From contig NC_090352.1 of assembly GCF_035084215.1 (NCBI RefSeq), positions 20,832,001 to 20,896,000 on the forward strand: 64,000 bases of DNA. Direction: 5' to 3'. The notes below the pieces were generated by a model. That model did no database searches. It was given only the letters and a program-made list of their open reading frames with translations, and had not been told where the DNA came from. This DNA is from Heptranchias perlo (lineage: Eukaryota). The position numbers were made by a program, and so were the translations under genes. How positions within the stretch are numbered: position 1 is the first letter of the stretch; each line of letters begins with the position of its first letter. Below, piece after piece: positions 1 through 13,254 of the stretch.

Positions 1-267
1 AAAGTTGCAGTCAAATATATCTGCCTGTAGTAAGTCTAAGTTGTATTTTATTGCTCTAAATTGTCATCCAAGTCCTCTTTGTGTTAAGTATTATTTTCTA
101 TCTTCACTCTCAAAGCACTATCATCTTCATTAAGAGTTGCTTACATTGTAATTCATGTCTATTGAGATTAGATAAAGATGCCAACAACAGGATGAGATGC
201 TCGGCAGACACCTGGGGCAAGCTACGTTTTCTTATCAGTCCCTCAACCAAATAGAATTCTTGGGGGG

Positions 268-485
268 AGGGGGGAAATTTAACTCACCCTGCTCGGTAGG
301 AACAGAGGAGCGCAGAGTTAAAATAGCTGTGCAAAAACTTACCACATTGTTCCAGCTCGATTACTACACACCGCCATCTTTACCGGGCTTTATTTTTAGG
401 CTGCTAACGCACCCACCTGAATCAGGCAGAAGCCTCATTAATACGTGGTAAATGGGTGCCATGATGTCCATGATATAATCGCAAG
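268..485. mobile_element. Probable Harbinger-type MITE fragment
   Basis: Begins GGGGGAAATTTAACT, resembling the GGGG(T)AAATTTT termini of other Harbinger-like elements in this window; CpG-richer than flanks; no matching second end found. Confidence 0.3.
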
Positions 486-719
486 AAATTATTAGTTGCA
501 ACTTTGGGAAACTGAGTTGTACAACTTTAGAACAAAACCTTTATTCTCTCCTTTCCTGGCCATTGCTCCTGATATGGCTCCTATCTTCACTCCCTTAAGT
601 GCAACGGATGTAGACTTGAGCATAAATAGTGCACAACTGGTTTAGCCATCCATCACCAGATCTGGCTGCACCATAACAAGGGCTATTGGGTCTTACTCTT
701 CTCAGCAAACGCCAGGATC

Positions 720-2478
720 ATCCGAGAGAGCAGAGATATCCCCTGGCCTTTTTTCTCCACCTCCTTAAACCCCTCTCCCCTTCCTTCTCCACACTCACTT
801 CCAACAAGTGTGGGGAGCTCATGAACTTATTTGTCACTAAGATTGAGATGATCTGTTCAGCTGCCTCTGCTGCTTCCATCTTCTCCTTACCCACCAAGCC
901 AAACCTTCCTCCACACACTCCCCTGCTGCAGCCCTGCACCCGTGTATTTCTCTAGTTTCTGTCGTATTTCCCCTCATGCCCTCTCCAAACGCATCTTGCT
1001 TATGAGACCCATCTACTGCTCCCTCGACCCCAATCTCACTAAACTGCTGAACAGACAACTTCCCTTCCTGGCCCTCATGTTACAGGCATTGTTGTAAATG
1101 TTTTCCTTTGCTCGGGTACCGTCCCCTTCCCTTTCAAAACTGCCATCATCACCCTCCCTCCTCAGAAAACCCACCCTTGACCCCTCTTGTCCTTGCAAAC
1201 TACCTCCCCATCTCCAAACTCCCTTTCCTCTCCAAAGTTCGTGAACATGTTGACGCCTCCCAAATTCGTACCCATCTTTCTGCAACTTCATGTTTGAATC
1301 TCTCCATTCAGGTTTCCACCCCTGCCACAGCACCAAAACGCTCTAATCCAAGTCACAAATGACATCCCTTGTGACTGTGACCATGATGCACTATCCCTCC
1401 TCGTCCTTCTCAATCTCTCTGCATCCTTTGACACGGTTGACCACTCCATCCTCCTCCAATGTCTCTCCTCCATTTGTTAACTTAGTGGGTCTGTCTTCAC
1501 TTTGTTCCACTATTACCTATCTGATCGTAGTGAGATCATCTCCAGCAATGGCTTCTCTTCTTGTCCCGTTAACCCTGGACTCCCCCGATCTATCCAAGCC
1601 CCCTTTCACTTCCTCACCTACATGCTGCAACATCATCTGCTGACATGTGGTTAGCTTCCACATTTATGCTGGTGACATCCAGCTCCAACTCGCCACCACC
1701 TCTCTGGACAGTATTGTCAGACCACTTGTCTGTCATCCAGTCCTGGATGAGTCAATATTTCCTCCAGTTAAATATTAGGAAAACAAAGCCATTATCTTCC
1801 TCCCCTGCTACAACCTCCGTACCCTTGCCACTGATTTCACCCCTCTCCCCAGCCACAGTCTCAGGCTGAACCACACTGTTTGCAAGCTTGGTGTCCTGTT
1901 CAATACTGAGTTGAGCTTCCAATCCCCATATCACAAAGACCCGTCGACTTCCACCTCTGTAATATCACCCACCTTATCTCAGCCCATCGGCCAAACCCTC
2001 ATCCATGCCTTTGTCACATCCAGACTCAACTATTGCAATGCTCTCTTGGCTGGCCTGCCCTTCGACTCTCCATAAATTTCAGCTTATCCAAACATCTGCT
2101 GCCTGTATCCTATCCCACACCAAGTCCAGCTCACCCATCACTCCTGTCCTACATTGGCTTGCAGACCCCAAATTTAAAATGATCATTCACATGTTTAAAT
2201 CCTTTCATGGTTTTGCCCCTCTCCAACTCTGTAACCTCCTCTTGCAACCCTCCCCTTTAATTTACCACTGGCAGCCATGCTTTGGAATTCCCTCCCTAAA
2301 TCCATCTACCTCTCTATCTCCTCACTGCCTTGAAATCCAACTCTTTGACCAAGCTTTTGGTCACCCCTCCGACTATCGTGCTCTTTGGCTTGGCATCCAT
2401 TTTTATTCCGATTACATGTCTTAGAAACCACCTTGGGACATTTTTATACATTAAAAGCACTATATAAATGCAAGTCAC
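720..2478 (+). mobile_element. L2-clade LINE, 5'-truncated, degenerate ORF2 (RT) plus 3' tail
   Basis: Frameshifted RT remnants (NKCGELMNLFVTKIE, VLANYLPISKLPFLSKV, QVTNDI.CDCDHDALSLL, PVLHWL) ending in the L2 tail CACCTTGGGACATTT...GCACTATATAAATGCAAGT. Confidence 0.85.
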
Positions 2479-3135
2479 CGTTGTAGAAAAATCCACTGTT
2501 TCCCTAGCTCTGCAAAAACCTGTTTGGTAATTAAAGGAAGCTTGTGATGTTTTCAATAGAGCAGGAAGAGCAATTTTAATCTGAAATTGATCAATCATGA
2601 ATATAAGTGATTACTAATTGCAAATCCTCCTAGTTTTTGTATTCTTTTCTGTACCTTTAATCAAAATTAAGGATTAATCCAAACTTGCTGGAACTTTCCC
2701 AAGTAATGACATATTGCTAGAACTGAACACATTTCGATAAACAATAACAGTGATCAATAACAAATGTGAAGAGAAAAATAAAACTATGGGATCTACTTTT
2801 TGGTTAATATCAGCTTCTCAGAAATAGGTGCTATTTAATAGATTTTCGGGCTGTGTATTTCACCTGAAAATAATTGTATTGTATTTAACATTGGATCTAA
2901 AAAATATGATTAAGCTTTCTGAGAAAGAGTATAGTAATGAGGTTAATCTTTACGTCTGAAATTGCACCAGGATATTTAAGGTTTTTGAGAATATTACTGA
3001 TGCATAACATTAACAGTCACCTGTAATCAACCACTTTTTTCATTCTAATTTTACACAGTGAAAAAAAAATGACGCAGAGAAAATGGGATATCTTTCAGTG
3101 GTATTTGTATCCCTGATCTCTAACAGTACAGATCA

Positions 3136-3537
<402 letters not shown>

Positions 3538-3814
3538 TTATCTTGGAAACACACACCTCAAAGGATATGTTATTAATAAACCAATTAAAGCCTTCAATCA
3601 GTACATATACAATATTAAATTCCAGGGAAGAAATTACAAGGCTGTGGTTCATATGATGTTTAGAAGCCATGAGAGCAACATTTGAGCAGTTTATGTTGGT
3701 CTTTCTTATAAGGCACAGCAGCGCAATATTTGCTGATAACATAAAAGGAGAGGGCGTGGAAAACAGCAAGGAGGACGGTACAAGGCCTTAGGAGGACAGC
3801 CACTTAACAGAATA

Positions 3815-4160
3815 TGATGTGGAGATGCCGGTGATGGACTGGGGTTGACAATTGTAAACAATTTTACAACACCAAGTTATAGTCCAGCAATTTTATTTTA
3901 AATTCACAAGCTTTCGGAGGCTACCTCCTTCCACCAAGTTATAGTGCAGCAATTTTATTTTAAATTCACAAGCTTTCGGAGGCTACCTCCTTCCACCAAG
4001 TTATAGTCCAGCAATTTTATTTTAAATTCACAAGCTTTCGGAGGCTACCTCCTACCTCCTTCCACATCGTTCACCTGAGGAAGGAGGTAGCCTCCGAAAG
4101 CTTGTGAATTTAAAATAAAATTGCTGGACTATAACTTGGTGTTGTAAAATTGTTTACAAT
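3815..4160. mobile_element. Penelope-like element remnant (inverted pLTR fragments) with 11-bp TSD
   Basis: Flanked by TTAACAGAATA at 3804-3814 and 4161-4171; three tandem 62-bp units from 3870; 4080-4160 is the reverse complement of ~3851-3931; same 5' sequence (ATGTGGAGATGC.GTGATGGACTGGGGT) as the copies at 15218 and 35797. Confidence 0.8.
4070..4108 (+). ncRNA. Minimal type I hammerhead ribozyme
   Basis: TTCAC-CTGAGGA-A-GGAGG(TAG)CCTCC-GAAA-GC-TT-GTGAA: conserved core, 5-bp helix II, 5-bp helix I, palindromic AAGCTT at helix III. Confidence 0.72.
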
Positions 4161-5439
4161 TTAACAGAATAGGCAGACAAGTGGCAGATGCAACATAATG
4201 TGGATAAGTGTGAGATAATACATTTTGGGAGGAAAAATTAGGAGAGAGTAAACAATTAATGGGAAGATGCTGAAGGGTGTGAATGAAAAAAAGAGACCTA
4301 AAAGTTCAAATACGTAATTTGTTGAAAGTGCAAGTTCAGATAGTTTAAAATCATAAAAAAAGGCCAATAGCTTTTTTGAGATTTATAAATAAGGACATAA
4401 AGTAGAAGAGCAAAGAGATAATGATAAATTTGTGCACGGCAATAATTAGGCAACACACAGAATACTGAGAGCAGTTTTGGACACCTCGTTGCAAAAAATG
4501 CATTAAAGCCATAGAGAGTGTACAATGTAGATTCACCAAGATGATGCCATCATTTTTAAGGGAAAAGTGTATAAATATTTAAAACAGAGGAAGATGCAGG
4601 ACACTGGGGAAGAGAGCTAGTCAACTGGATCAGTTTCGGATTGCTCTAGCAAAGAGCTAGCACAGATATGATGGGCCAAATGGCCTCCTACTGTACTATA
4701 TACTTTTATAGTTCTCCATTTAATTGCTGAAAGATGCATCAGCTCATACAAAACTGTTAAGGACAAAATCAGAGGCATTTATTTTAGGTAATATGGTCAT
4801 TTTTCAAAAGTAATAGAAGCAAATTAAAAGTGAAACCTTCAGTGATCAGAGTGAAGTATCCACAAATCATAACTAGTAAAAAAAAGCTCAGCTTTAAGCT
4901 GGTGACCATTTTAGTTGCTCCATTTGCTCTGTGCTCAAATGTGAGTTTTCTAGATTACAAAAACAATATTTAGATGTTGCTTCAATTAATGGTCTGTATT
5001 TATGTAAAAGTCAAGCTCAAAATACTGAAAATACAATAATGTTTCATTATTGTCATCACAGTAAGCCACAAAGCATTCGTCACATAGTTGAGATTTCCAA
5101 ATCAATATCAGTGATTCTTGCTGCACAATCAATTCAATACAGGTGTAGAACTTCCTTTTTCCCTTGTCAAATGTCAAGTTCTTTTAAAAATGAAAATACA
5201 GTGAATTGAATAGGATTGTGTCATTAGCCCATCTTCCCATACAGCAACAGCAGACTGGACAAGGTTTCATCAATTGAAAATAAAGTAAACATTTGTTGAA
5301 GAGAAAAATACTTTTCTGCAATAGTGATAATAACTTTAATGACATCTTATCTAAAATGAAAGACTTGCATTTATAAATACAACAATTTATATGAATTATC
5401 AGAATTCTACTTCTCCTGTGACATCTGAAGGATTCAACA

Positions 5440-7905
5440 ACAACAATAATACAATTATATAGTGCCTTCAGTGTAATCAAATGTCCCAAAGTACTACCCA
5501 GGAGAAAATGACCAGAACCTGAGAAATGAAGGAAGCAGAAATAGGGCTGATGACCTCAACCAAAAAAGTAGGTTTTGAGAAGGCTTTTGAAGGAGGTGGG
5601 AGAGGTAGCAAGGCTTAGGAGAAATAGTCAAGAGCGCAGGACCAAAATGGCTGAAGGTTCTGTAGCCAAGAATGGGGCAGGCAGAAAGGGCAATGCATAG
5701 GAGGGTATAGAACCGGAAGAGCGGAGGGTGTGAACAGGACAATAGGACTGAATAAGATTGCATGGGTTGGGAGGGATAAGGCCATGATCAGAGTTGAGAG
5801 GTGAGAGTGACTGCCCTTGACATCAAGGCAGCATTTGACCGAGTGTGGCACCAAGGAGCCCTAGTAAAATTGAAGTCAATGGGAATCAGGGGGAAAACTC
5901 TCCAGTGGCTGGAGTCATACCTAGCACAAAGGAAGATGGTAGTGGTTGTTGGAGGCCAATCATCTCAGCCCCAGGGCATTGCTGCAGGAGTTCCTCAGGG
6001 CAGTGTCCTAGGCCCAACCATCTTCAGCCGCTTCATCAATGACCTTCCCTCCATCATAAGGTCAGAAATGGGGATGTTCGCTGATGACTGCACAGTGTTC
6101 AGTTCCATTCGCAACCCCTCAGATAATGAAGCAGTCCGAGCCCGCATGCAGCAAGACCTGGACAACATCCAGGCTTGGGCTCATAAGTGGCAAGTAACAT
6201 TCGCGCCAGATAAGTGCCAGGCAATGACCATCTCCAACAAGAGAGAGTCTAACCACCTCCCCTTGACATTCAACGGCATTACCATCGCCGAATCCCCCAC
6301 CATCAACATCCTGGGGGTCACCATTGACCAGAAACTGAACTGGACCAGCCATATAAATACTGTGGCTACAAGAGCAGGTCAGAGGCTGGGTATTCTGCGG
6401 CGAGTGACTCACCTCCTGACTCCCCAAAGCCTTTCCACCATCTACAAGGCACAAGTCAGGAGTCTGATGGAATACTCTCCACTTGCCTGGATGAGTGCAG
6501 CTCCAACAACACTCAAGAAGCTCGACACCATCCAAGATAAAGCAGCCCGCTTGATTGGCACCCCATCCACCACCCTAAACATTCACTCCCTTCACCACCG
6601 GCGCACTGTGGCTGCAGTGTGCACCATCCACAGGATGCACTGCAGCAACTCGCCAAGGCTTCTTCGACAGCACCTCCCAAACCCGCGACCTCTACCACCT
6701 AGAAGGACAAAAGCAGCAGGCGCATGGGAACAACACCACCTGCACGTTCCCCTCCAAGTCACACACCATCCCGACTTGGAAATATATCGCCATTCCTTCA
6801 TTGTCGCTGGGTCAAAATCCTGGAACTCCCTTCCTAACAGCACTGTGGGAGAACCGTCACCACACGGACTGCAGCGGTTCAAGAAGGCGGCTCACCACCA
6901 CCTTCTCGAGGGCAATTAGGGATGGGAAATAAATGCTGGCCTCGCCAGCGACGCCCACATCCCATGAACGAATAAAAAAAAAGTTGTAAATGAAGACAAG
7001 AATTTTGAAATTTATGTACAGGCAGATAGGCAGCCAATGAAGGTCAGCAAGCATAGAGAAATAGGGGAGTAGGACTTAGTGTGATAGGACGTTGGACCTT
7101 GTTGTTTTAGATCAATTGCAATTAGTGAAGGGCAGAACTCAAGAAGCCGGTAACAAGAGCATTTCTGGAGGTGACAAAGACATGGATAAAGGCTTCAACG
7201 GTAATCAGGATGAGGTAGAAGCAGAGGCGATCAATGTTACAGAGGTGGAAATATGTTGTCTTGGTGCTTGAAAGGATGTGGTGTTTGATGCTTAGCTTCA
7301 GGAGTTCACACTGTCAGGTTCAGTCTGAAGGAATGGCTAGAGAGGGAGGGAGTGCTAAAGTGCAGAGTTTTAAGTAGAAGCCTAAAGGAATAGCTTTGTT
7401 CTTGCTGATGTTGAGTTCAAGTACATTTTTGAGTAGTCGAGAGTGTTGTCACAGAGATGAAGTTGGTTGTCGTCTTCATGCATGTGAAAACGTGACTCTG
7501 CATGATGTCACCAAAGGACAGCATGTAGATGAGGAAAAGAAGGGGACCAAGGATGGAGTCTTGACCTTATGGAGCAGGACGAAAAACCAACATAGGAAAT
7601 GTGCTGGCTTTATTCCGACAAATAGAAGTGGATCCAGGCTGCAGCATTTACACAGGAGTAGTCCACAGAAAAGAGATGGAGGAGAAGGATGATGTTGCCA
7701 ACTGTGTTGAATGCCACAGAGGTCAAGGACAAGGAGGAGGCTGGAACATCATGGTCACAGGCACAATGCCATTGGTCAGTTTGACAAGGGTAGTTTCAGT
7801 GCTGTGGCAAGGGCAGAAACTGGAATGAAGGATTCAAAGAAGGAGTGAGGGGAGAGGTGGGTACCAACATGGATCAACAAGACATGTTCGAAGACTTTTA
7901 GAAAA
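5440..7905 (-). mobile_element. L2-clade LINE fragment, split by a younger LINE at 5797-6981
   Basis: Reverse-complement L2 tail at ~5440-5495; LADLHWLPICLYINFKILVFIY (ORF 6857-7054) continues the L2 C-terminus after the insertion; RT remnants extend to ~7900. Confidence 0.75.
5797..6981 (+). mobile_element. Young 5'-truncated non-LTR retrotransposon (CR1/Zenon-like RT), open 372-aa ORF at 5801-6919
   Basis: RT motifs LDIKAAFDRVWHQG, GVPQGSVLGP, FADD; 3' end GGGCAATTAGGGATGGG..ATAAATGC plus A-tail; putative TSD AGTTG at 5792-5796 and 6982-6986. Confidence 0.9.
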
Positions 7906-8977
7906 TGTTTGCAGAACTTCAAAGATGTTATTTAAGTGAGTTCATGGGAAAGAATTTCTTCCGGCTCTGCGGTACTTGAAAATGATCAACAGCTATGCAA
8001 AGTTTCTGAAGGAATCAATTTACAACCTATGCACTTTAGTGCAGCCATTTTTCAAGGAGAAGTCTTGAGTACATCAATAACATCGAATACAAGGCCACCG
8101 CCACACTGCATCACTTCATCTTTGTCACAGAGAATTGTTCAAAATTTAGGATTCACAATTGAGTAAGAGAGAGATTGATGCTATTAAAAGTATTGATTGC
8201 ATGGCCTCATTATACTTACGACACAATTCACTCCATCTAACTTGGCTAAAAAATAGCCTGCTAATTCTACATTTGTCTGCTCAAATATTTGAATAAAAGA
8301 GTTATTTTTCTCCAGACCCCAACGAATAAAACTGCCTGTGTGTTTACATTACACTTCAATGGTGCATAAGTAAATATGCAATTGGACGTTTTGTTATGGA
8401 AAAATTGAAAACATTTTCCTGTACAATCAAGAACGGAATCATAGCAAACATCAGAAGTGATCAAATGCAACAGCTGAGCAAGGCTCAAACATTAGAAAGG
8501 TAATTGACAGAAAATGTTCTTTCCTATGTTTGATAAAATGCAGTGAATCACCAACACGTCAGCTGAATCTAACAAAGGTATTAAGCAGACCAGCATTTGT
8601 CTCAATTCAGGTAACAGATATTAAATTTGCAGCTGTCAGATTCTGAATAAGATTCATATGAAACTGCATCCTTTTATCCCTTCAAAATTTCTATGCAGCT
8701 TTATATTATTTGTGATAGAAGTAGGAGTAGTTAGCTTAGTAGTATTAAAATAATATTAATTTCAGCCAATAAACAAACTATATTAGTTCTGTTGAGTACA
8801 ATAGTGGTACCACATTAGTTAAGCCTTTGAACAATTAAACAAGATGCAAAGTTCGTCCAAAGGCCAACTCAGTAAAGGCATCCATTGGTTTAGCTATCAT
8901 CATACAGATCATGAAGTCCAAGGTTCAATTCCTAGCACATGGAATTAGGGAAATATCACACATGGATAGAAAGATAG

Positions 8978-9312
8978 TTATCTCTATAACCTCCTCCAGC
9001 ACTACAACCCTCTGAGATATCTGCACTCCTCCAATTCTGGCCTCTTGCGCATCCCGGATTTTCATCGCTCCACCACTGGCGGCCGTGCCTTCAGCTGTCT
9101 AGGCCCTAAGCTCTGGAACTCCCTTCCTAAATACTTCTCTCTCCTTTAAGACGCTCCTTAAAACCCACTTCTTTGACCAAGCTTTTGGTCACCTGTCCTA
9201 ATATCTCATTAAGACCCAATCTTGGTGTCAAATTTTGTTTGATAATGCTCCTGTGATGCACCTTGGGATGTTTTACTACTTTAATGGCGCACTATAAATG
9301 CAAGTTGTTGTT
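8978..9312 (+). mobile_element. L2 3'-end fragment
   Basis: GGCGGCCGTGCCTTCAGCTG..TAGGCCCTAAGCTCTGGAA (GGRAFSCLGPKLWNSL) plus tail ...TATAAATGCAAGTTGTTGTT; closely similar to 35430-35770. Confidence 0.85.
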
Positions 9313-10091
9313 ATAGGACAGAAAGCAAAGGGTAAGAGGTAAAAAGAAATTTCTTAGACTGAAAAGATATGATGAGTGATGTTTCACAGGGAACATCTTG
9401 GGGTCACCGTTATTTACTATATATTTAAAAGACTTGGGAATTAAGGGAACAATATTAAAATTTATTGATGAAACCTATTAGGAGATAATAACTGCAGGAG
9501 AACATAGATAGGCCAACAAGACAGGTGGGAGATGCACTTCAATGTAAAAAAAATGAAATAATACATTTTGGATATTAGACTTAGAAAAGAAAATATATCT
9601 TGAATGGTAAGATTTTAAACAGAGTAGTGCAGCTGAGGAACCTTGTTATGCAGATACACAGACCATTAAAGGTGGTAGTTTAAGTAGATATGGCATAAAA
9701 AAGGTAAACAGAATCCTTGGCTTTGGATCTATAGGTATAGAATACAGAGGTAATGTTGAACTTGTATAAGATCTTAGGCCATAGATTTGGGATCCCCATT
9801 TTAAAAGCAATGGAAAAAGTGCAATGTAGATTCGCCTGGATGTTACCAGGGATAAGGGGGTCACACTTGAGAAGAGAAACTTGAGAAGTTATTCTTTTTT
9901 TCATTAAAGCTGAGAAGATTAGGGGATGACCTGATGGAGATCTTCAAGATCACGAAGAGTTATGGTAAGGTAAATAGCGATAGACGGTTTCCACAGGTCA
10001 ATAAGAGCGGAGTTTAGAAATAAATTCTTTACACAGAGGGTGGTTAGAATGTGGGATTCTCTGTCACAAACCATTGTTATATCGAGTCCAT

Positions 10092-10924
10092 GGGCTCTAT
10101 TTTAAAAGTTAAAAAACAGGTGGGTTAGGGGCAGGGGGGCATTGAAAATTGCCACCATTTCAGACCCGCCCCCAACCCGCCCATTTCTGGTTTTCACGGG
10201 GGCGGGATGAGGGACGGGCGACCAACCCACTCCCACGGGGCGGGTTGGGCCTTAAAACCTTTCAAGGAAGCTTCAGGCCTCCATTTTTAATAATACCCGA
10301 TTTCAACCCCGGGGGGGCCGGGATTCCTGGGCCTTCTGTTTAATGCCTCGTGAAAGGAGGCGAGGAGTCCCGAGACTGCAGGTAAGTGCCTAGAAAGGCA
10401 CAGCTTATGGGCCCGTAGGAGCAGGAGTGCTTCCTCCAGGCCCAACAAGCCGACCGACCCCGGCCACCCCCCACCCCGATCACAGACCCCACCCCCCCGC
10501 CGCCGATCACGGGCCTCCTACCCCCAGATCGTGGACCCCCGTCCCCAGACCCCCAACCCCAATCTACTGACCCCGACCCTCCCCCACAATGATCGAGGAA
10601 CCCTGATCCCGTCCCCCCATGACTGACCCCCCATCCCATCCCCCATGGTTCGCGACTCCGATGCCCATCTATGCCCACCCGTGCCCCCCCTCCCCATGCA
10701 AACAAAGACTTACCTGCAGACATCCTCTCCCTAGATGGTCTCCCAACCAACTGAGACCAGCCTGTCAATCAGCCGGTCAGTCGGACGGGAAACCAACAAA
10801 AAAAAAATAAAAGACATCCTTACGTCAAAATCGTCAGGACGTCCGGGAGACCTGTACTAATGGGTTTCCCGAGCTCAAATTGACCCTCCCGCTCCCTTCC
10901 CGGCTCTGCTTCAAAATTGAGCCC
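10092..10924. mobile_element. Non-autonomous PIF/Harbinger-type MITE (family A, copy 1)
   Basis: Termini GGGCTCTATTTT / AAAATTGAGCCC; 3-bp TSD CAT (10089-10091, 10925-10927); strongly similar to 24108-25040. Confidence 0.8.
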
Positions 10925-11079
10925 CATAAGTTTTTTAAAAAAGAGGATCAGATAGTTGCATGGAAAAGAGAAATATTAAAGGGTATGGGGAGAAAGCAGG
11001 AGAGTGGGATTAGACTAGGCTCACATTGGAGCAAATCAGCAGACAAGCCTGATGGGCCAAGTAGCCCTACAGAAGCTTC

Positions 11080-12310
11080 ATGTCAGCTTGCTGTTTGGCA
11101 GCTTGTCGCCACCCATGTTCCACTGGTGTAGTGCTATGAAGGGGATGTCTGGCGGGCTGGTATGTGTTGCCATCCTGAGAGACGGCGGTATGATGCAGCT
11201 GTGACTCTTGGGCGGCTTGGTCCTCATTATCCTCCACCACCATCAACTTCCTTCTCTTTTGCTGCCCTTAACTGTGGTGGATCTGCAGGAAAGGAGGTTA
11301 GACGCTAAGAATGGGTGAGGAATTTCCCCTTCGGATTTATGAGACAGAGAAGAGGGTGGAAGGTTGTGTCTGTATGGTACTTCAAAGGGTTGTCTGGGTG
11401 ACAGGGCAGGTGTTCAGTCAGTAACTTGGGGTGAGGAGTTTGAAGGTGGGGATGACTTTTTTGGCCGGCATTGTGTGCCAATTTGTCCTGCAAGGAAATA
11501 GAGTGAAAGAGGGTAAGGTTGGCAGGTGAAGAGTTTGTACCAAATGGCATGGGAGAGGTGAAATAAGAGATGTGGGGGTATGAGGCTGTTACAGCAGAGG
11601 AAGAGGTTTTAGGGTTGTAAGTTATTCCTGTGAGGGGAATTGGGTAGTTATAGTGCAAGATGCCAAGTTGGAGCCCCCCCTTAATCAAAGAGCACTGTGT
11701 AAGGTTAGTTGAGCAAGTATTGCTTTAAGAGGGTGAAGAGTGTGCTGGTGCCCAGCTTGGGCAAGGAAGAAGAGGGAAAGGTACAGTGTTACCTTACCTG
11801 CCCTGATGAGGATATGGAACTTTTGGTGGCACTATTCTGGGAATGAGGGAATTGGCAGTCAGTGCCAGTTCCAATTCCCTCTAGGTGGCACAAGCGATAA
11901 TTCTGGGTAAATTGGTGGTACCCAAAGCCAGCAGTCTGTTTGTCCTGCTTTCGGTGCCCTCCAGGAGGGCTTGGAGTTTTGAATGAATGAAGTTGTGCAT
12001 TCTTCTCTGGCTTGGTTTCATGTCCTGCTGCTCTTTGGGCACAGATGGCGTTTGAGTGTTTGTAATTCTGTACAAGTATAAGAAAAAAAATTGCTTTGTT
12101 CTTAAAGACTGCACAGAAGTTCCAGGTAGTTCAGCTGCTTACACCTGTTTTACATCAATGGAGATGCAAACGGGCAGACCCAGGAAACTCATGTGTATCT
12201 CCCTCTAGAAAAGGTGCAACATGTAAGTCATTTTGAGGAAATTTTAGACCTTTATCTGATGTTTTCTGTATTCTGTGTAGGGTCTCTCTGCAGTTCAACT
12301 GCTGGGTAAT
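11080..12310 (-). mobile_element. Degenerate Harbinger remnant with Myb/SANT-like exon
   Basis: Minus strand QRRMHNFIHSKLQALLEG...QCHQKFHILIRAG then a GTAAG donor near 11796, the layout of Harbinger Myb-like ORFs; boundaries approximate. Confidence 0.5.
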
Positions 12311-13254
12311 ATCTATCATGGCTCTTTCTAGCTGATGTTTTCAGGAGTTATGTGTTTTAACAGCAAATAATCTACTTAATGGCAGAGCAAGGCATGCAAC
12401 CAAATAAAATCTGCCACTCACCAGTTACTAACAATCCACACTTTTCCCTGTTAATTATTCACCGACCAGCTAATTCACCATTAGGAATGGAAGCAAACTA
12501 TTGAGTGATGACAATGGCCAACAGACACAGCATTAGATTCTGGCAAGTATCCATGTCATCGGAAACACATTTAACAAGGTTTTTTTAAACTCAGGTGTCA
12601 GATCCTTGAGGAAGTATTCAGTGATGACTCATAGCAGCTCCTTTATCTGATTCCATCAAAATCCCTGGAAATGTTTTTCTGGACTATTTTACAGTTTGCA
12701 ATCAATCTTTGCACATATTATTGAGTTAAATACGTATAACTGAAGACAAATACTGTCCTGCAACTATACTTTAAAAATTCAATTATCGGTTTAAATTAAT
12801 GAGATTTTAAATTTAATCAAAGAAAAATATGCTGACTTGTTTTGTTTAATAGCACTTATTTGATATGATTATTCTTGCATAGTCTTGAAACAAATGGCAA
12901 TCTTTTCTGCTTAATTATTCAATAGCACACCCACGTCTGGCTTGCTACTACTGTGACTTAAACTCATTTAACATCAATGTTATAGATTTAAGATCTTGTA
13001 GAGCTCCATGTCAGAATATGCCAGAAATGTGATTAAGTATCAGTCTTTTTTTCAACTGCAGCACACTAAACAAGGCTCTCAAGCTCATAGACAAAGCTGA
13101 CATGATACCCAACTCATTCAGAGTTACCAAGGAGCGTTGTAGACAATCACTTCAGCTGAATTAATAGTCCAGTCATTCCCATTGTAGAAAGTATCTACTG
13201 AGATGAATGGCTATGGCAGGAGAATAGTCCAACAATAACAAATTGAACCAAGGA

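Larger units (their letters stand above)
3690..4710 (+). mobile_element. Old CR1 LINE 3' fragment, interrupted by a Penelope-like insertion
   Basis: FADN(D)IK...ADKWQMQ.NVDKCEIIHFG remnants run continuously across the 3815-4160 insertion; CR1-type 3' end GATGGGCCAAATGGCCTCCT near 4670-4690. Confidence 0.75.
8935..11070 (+). mobile_element. Old CR1 LINE fragment hosting an L2 tail and a MITE
   Basis: HGIRG...WIE remnants before 8975 resume as DRKQRV...VSQG.SWG after 9315; FFTQRVVRMWDSL at ~10025-10065; 3' tail GATGGGCCAAGTAGCC near 11050. Confidence 0.65.

Noticed and set aside
3870-4062. CRISPR-like appearance of the direct repeats here and at 61986-62196
   Set aside because: Head-to-tail tandem units without unique spacers, no cas genes, vertebrate intronic context.
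3900-4062. Three additional minus-strand hammerheads in the 62-bp units
   Set aside because: Each lacks the CUGA core and the 5' strand of helix I (the junction reads GGTGGAAGGAGG), so they are incomplete.
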